A stretch of DNA of 55,153 nt from Patescibacteria group bacterium (GTDB taxonomy: Bacteria > Patescibacteriota > Minisyncoccia > UBA6257 > 02-FULL-45-10c). Under the pieces are notes generated by a model. The model did no database searches. It was not told the origin of the DNA and saw only the letters and a list, made by a program, of their open reading frames with translations. Shown here piece by piece: positions 52,857 to 55,153 of this stretch. The position numbers and the translations under genes were made by a program. Position 1 is the stretch's first letter. Each line of letters starts with the position of its first letter. The stretch spans positions 1 through 55,153 of the forward strand of contig JAGWYA010000006.1 in the NCBI GenBank assembly GCA_018969615.1, read 5' to 3'.

Positions 52857-53282
52857 TTAGTCCACATTTTCAAAATACGATATTTCACAATAATTTATTA
52901 ACTTTGTCAATTCACGCTTAGAGAGCTTTCCTTGCGGGATCATGTCGTCCGGAACCGCGATCGCAACCGCATCGATGCGCCACGACCCCCTCTTTTCCCA
53001 CAGGTCAAGATGGGTGTTCGCGTAAAATTCAGCGATCCGTTTCATTTTTTGAATTTTTTGGCGCGTAAGGTTGTCTTCCGGCAAAAGCACCGCATCACCG
53101 CCGTGTCGCACGATCGTTTTGACCTCGACAAAAACCAAAATCCCCTTCGGATCGGTCGCAACAATGTCGATCTCGCCCCATGGACGCCGGAAATTCTTTT
53201 CCCGGATGCGAAAACCTCGCGCGCTAAGGTATTCGCATGCCATCTCCTCCCCAACCCTCCCGATAGAAGTAGTGTTTTTCAT
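52857..53282 (-). CDS. yraN: YraN-family (UPF0102) endonuclease-like protein
   Basis: IGRVGEEMACEYLSARGFRIREKNFRRPWGEIDIVA...LVFVEVKT is the YraN pattern. The start could be at 53282, 53291 or 53309. Confidence 0.75.
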   Translation of the reverse strand: MKNTTSIGRVGEEMACEYLSARGFRIREKNFRRPWGEIDIVATDPKGILVFVEVKTIVRHGGDAVLLPEDNLTRQKIQKMKRIAEFYANTHLDLWEKRGSWRIDAVAIAVPDDMIPQGKLSKRELTKLINYCEISYFENVD

Positions 53283-53411
53283 AAAAAACATCTTCTGTAC
53301 CGGCCGCATTGTGGTGTGCCGGTATCTGCCCTCTGAGTATACCCCACTCTGTCCAAGTCTGTAATGGGATCTTCCGCTTTATTTATTGCGATCCTGGCCG
53401 AGTACGCTATT

Positions 53412-54393
53412 TGTTTCACGATAAACAAATAACAAGGGCTCATGGATCAGTTCTGATCCTGTTTGGTATATCGGATCTGTTTCACGGCAAACATTTTTGC
53501 CGCCGATTGATCCTTTTAAGATGTTTGTCGTGAAACAAACACCCTGAAGTATCCCGTCTCGTGCTGCACCTTATAAAAAACGAGGCCCCCCCCTTCTTCA
53601 TATCTTTTTCGTCTATCCGGAGCCGCGAGAGTAAGCTGCGCTGATGCGGTGATCAAATAAAAAACGATCTTACGAAAAAATAAGATACGGATGTGTGTCC
53701 ATCACGCCCAAGAACAGCGGTGCGATCTTATTTAAGAACGATCGGTGAAGAAAAAGGATCCGGGCACAACTAGTATTCAAGCTGGGCCGATTAAACTAAA
53801 ATACTTTTCCAATAAAGATATGACTACTCCCCGCAAAAGCTACGACTGTTTCACGCGAAACACTGAATTCCGTATTTACTCAAAAACGGCCAAAAACTAA
53901 AAAGTGGATAACTTAAAAACCTAAAAAACTATCAAAGAAACAACTAATGCCTGGTTTGATCTATGAGACATATATGTTTCACGAGAAACATTAAAGGCTA
54001 TCTTTTGCTTGTTTAGTTTCACGTGAAACATATCCAGAGGGATTATTATGGCACTAAAACTTTGTTTCACATGAAACATTATTATAGATCAAATCATAAG
54101 TACACATAATAGTTTCACGTGAAACACAATCTAACAATTTAATATATTAAAACATGAGCTTCGATATCACATTTTGTTTCATGTGAAACATATTTATATC
54201 TATAAAATATATAAATTTATTAACTTTATTTAAAATGTTTCACAAAATAGGCGTGAAACATATATAAATATCGGCAATAACATGGCAAACTAATATATTG
54301 CCGAATTATAAGATAATTTATGTGAAACATATGATGTTAAATAAAAATAGCGCCCTTTGGACGCTATATAAATGTTTCACACCTATGTTTCAC
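53412..54393. repeat. parS: Dense array of parS-like 16-bp palindromes (ParB-binding centromere-type sites) in an AT-rich intergenic region
   Basis: Nine sites match the consensus TGTTTCACGTGAAACA. Three match at 14 of 16 positions: 53412-53427, 53478-53493 and 53522-53537. Six match at 15 of 16: 53847-53862, 53975-53990, 54015-54030, 54063-54078, 54111-54126 and 54175-54190. There is a split site (54236-54243 with 54253-54260) and half-sites at 54322-54329, 54373-54380 and 54386-54393. Confidence 0.7.
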
Positions 54394-54395
54394 GA

Positions 54396-55153
54396 TTATA
54401 ATTTATCGTAATTCTCGACTATTTCTATCAGATTACTATATCTCTTTGACATTCTCTTGCTCCGGCGGCGGTTGATCTGCTTTACCTTTCCTATCTCCTT
54501 CCAGTTGAACTCATAAGGGATCCAGATGCCTCGGTACCCCGCCTTAATGGCTGGGATGATGTCATCGGCATAAGTATCGCCGATGCTGTAATAGGAAGAC
54601 CCCTTATAGCGGCTCTTCACAAGCTTAAAGTCGCTATATTTGCTATCAATCGGGATAAAAACGGCATCGAAGTACTTCAGGAGACCCGCCTTTTTAAGGG
54701 CCTTGATCTTATCTCCCTGGATCTTTTTATCACCTTTAGTGATGATCACCAGAGTATCCCCCTTTTCCTTTAAGAACTTGAGGACATGGGCCACTTCCGG
54801 CTTGATCTTACGGACATAGCGGTCCTGACGGAACGCCTGGAGCCCGATGCTGTAGAGCCGGCGGATGACCTGAACGTTCAGATCAATCCCGGCTTCCTTG
54901 CACAGGATCTCATAGATCTTACACAAAGAAGTAGGGAAACGCGGCTTGGTGTAGTAGTACAACCGGCCGGTATCCGGGTTCTTCATATAGATCATCTGTT
55001 TATCCAGCTCAGCATGCCGGCGTTTGATCTCAGCCAACGTAGGGGAGTGGTCACTCAACGCACGCTTGATCTCCACGCACGCCTCTTCAGTAGGCTTTAC
55101 GTAAAAATCCGTCTTCATCATCGTCCCATCAAGATCAAAGACCAGGACCTTCT
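54396..55153 (-). CDS. HAD-superfamily hydrolase (5' end runs off the window)
   Basis: The frame stays open to the window edge. The last in-window codons read KVLVFDLDGTMMKT (HAD motif I DLDGT). The later ITKGDKK and GDTYADDI fit HAD motifs II to IV. Confidence 0.65.
   Translation of the reverse strand, partial: KVLVFDLDGTMMKTDFYVKPTEEACVEIKRALSDHSPTLAEIKRRHAELDKQMIYMKNPDTGRLYYYTKPRFPTSLCKIYEILCKEAGIDLNVQVIRRLYSIGLQAFRQDRYVRKIKPEVAHVLKFLKEKGDTLVIITKGDKKIQGDKIKALKKAGLLKYFDAVFIPIDSKYSDFKLVKSRYKGSSYYSIGDTYADDIIPAIKAGYRGIWIPYEFNWKEIGKVKQINRRRSKRMSKRYSNLIEIVENYDKL

Noticed and set aside
53340-54395. CRISPR array
   Set aside because: The repeats are 16-bp palindromes (or 8-bp half-sites) with irregular 40 to 325 bp spacing and variable centres. 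They are not 24 to 48 bp direct repeats with uniform spacers, and there are no cas genes.
52847-54395. Chromosomal replication origin (oriC) with DnaA boxes
   Set aside because: Only two one-mismatch DnaA-box-like 9-mers were seen (TTATCCCCA at 52847-52855 and AGTGGATAA at 53903-53911). No dnaA or dnaN gene is present, and gene orientation does not switch across the region. The AT-rich stretch could still be origin-proximal, so this is left as something to test by GC skew rather than claimed.

Overview
All calls below come from reading the sequence and ORF track by eye; no homology searches or fold predictions were run.

The window has two parts.

(A) Positions 1 to about 18320 are visibly more GC-rich and look like accessory DNA. 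This part ends exactly at the 3' end of a tRNA-His gene and carries two large serine recombinases. I read it as the right-hand part of one or two integrative elements whose left end lies outside the window. Its cargo includes:
- a tightly packed class I lanthipeptide-type operon (LanC cyclase and full-length LanB dehydratase)
- an HNH protein
- a receiver-domain membrane protein followed by a minimal K+ channel
- an XRE plus RuvC-like gene pair
- an ECF sigma factor
- a P-loop NTPase

The apparent LanBC substrate is not a small peptide. It is the cytoplasmic tail of a 344-aa signal-peptide and TM-anchored protein. That tail has a subtilin-like FDLD leader box followed by a 75-aa core of about 17 tandem x-x-(S/T)-C tetrads with 19 Cys. 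This is the best candidate for a previously undescribed system.

(B) Positions 18.3 to 55.2 kb are lower-GC, mostly minus-strand housekeeping DNA. The flavour is of a small-genome bacterium, possibly CPR/Patescibacteria-like, though that is only an impression. Genes here include rbfA, a short infB, tyrS, clpP, tig, hppA, nusA, arfB, a thr operon, several transporters, two giant repeat-rich surface proteins and five tRNAs.

Notable non-coding signals in part B:
- a Thr10 leader-peptide attenuator in front of the thr operon, which has an AroK-like kinase where thrB would be expected
- GIY-YIG cassettes and scars that duplicate tRNA ends and share a perfect 20-bp palindrome
- a roughly 1-kb AT-rich intergenic array of nine near-consensus parS sites plus half-sites
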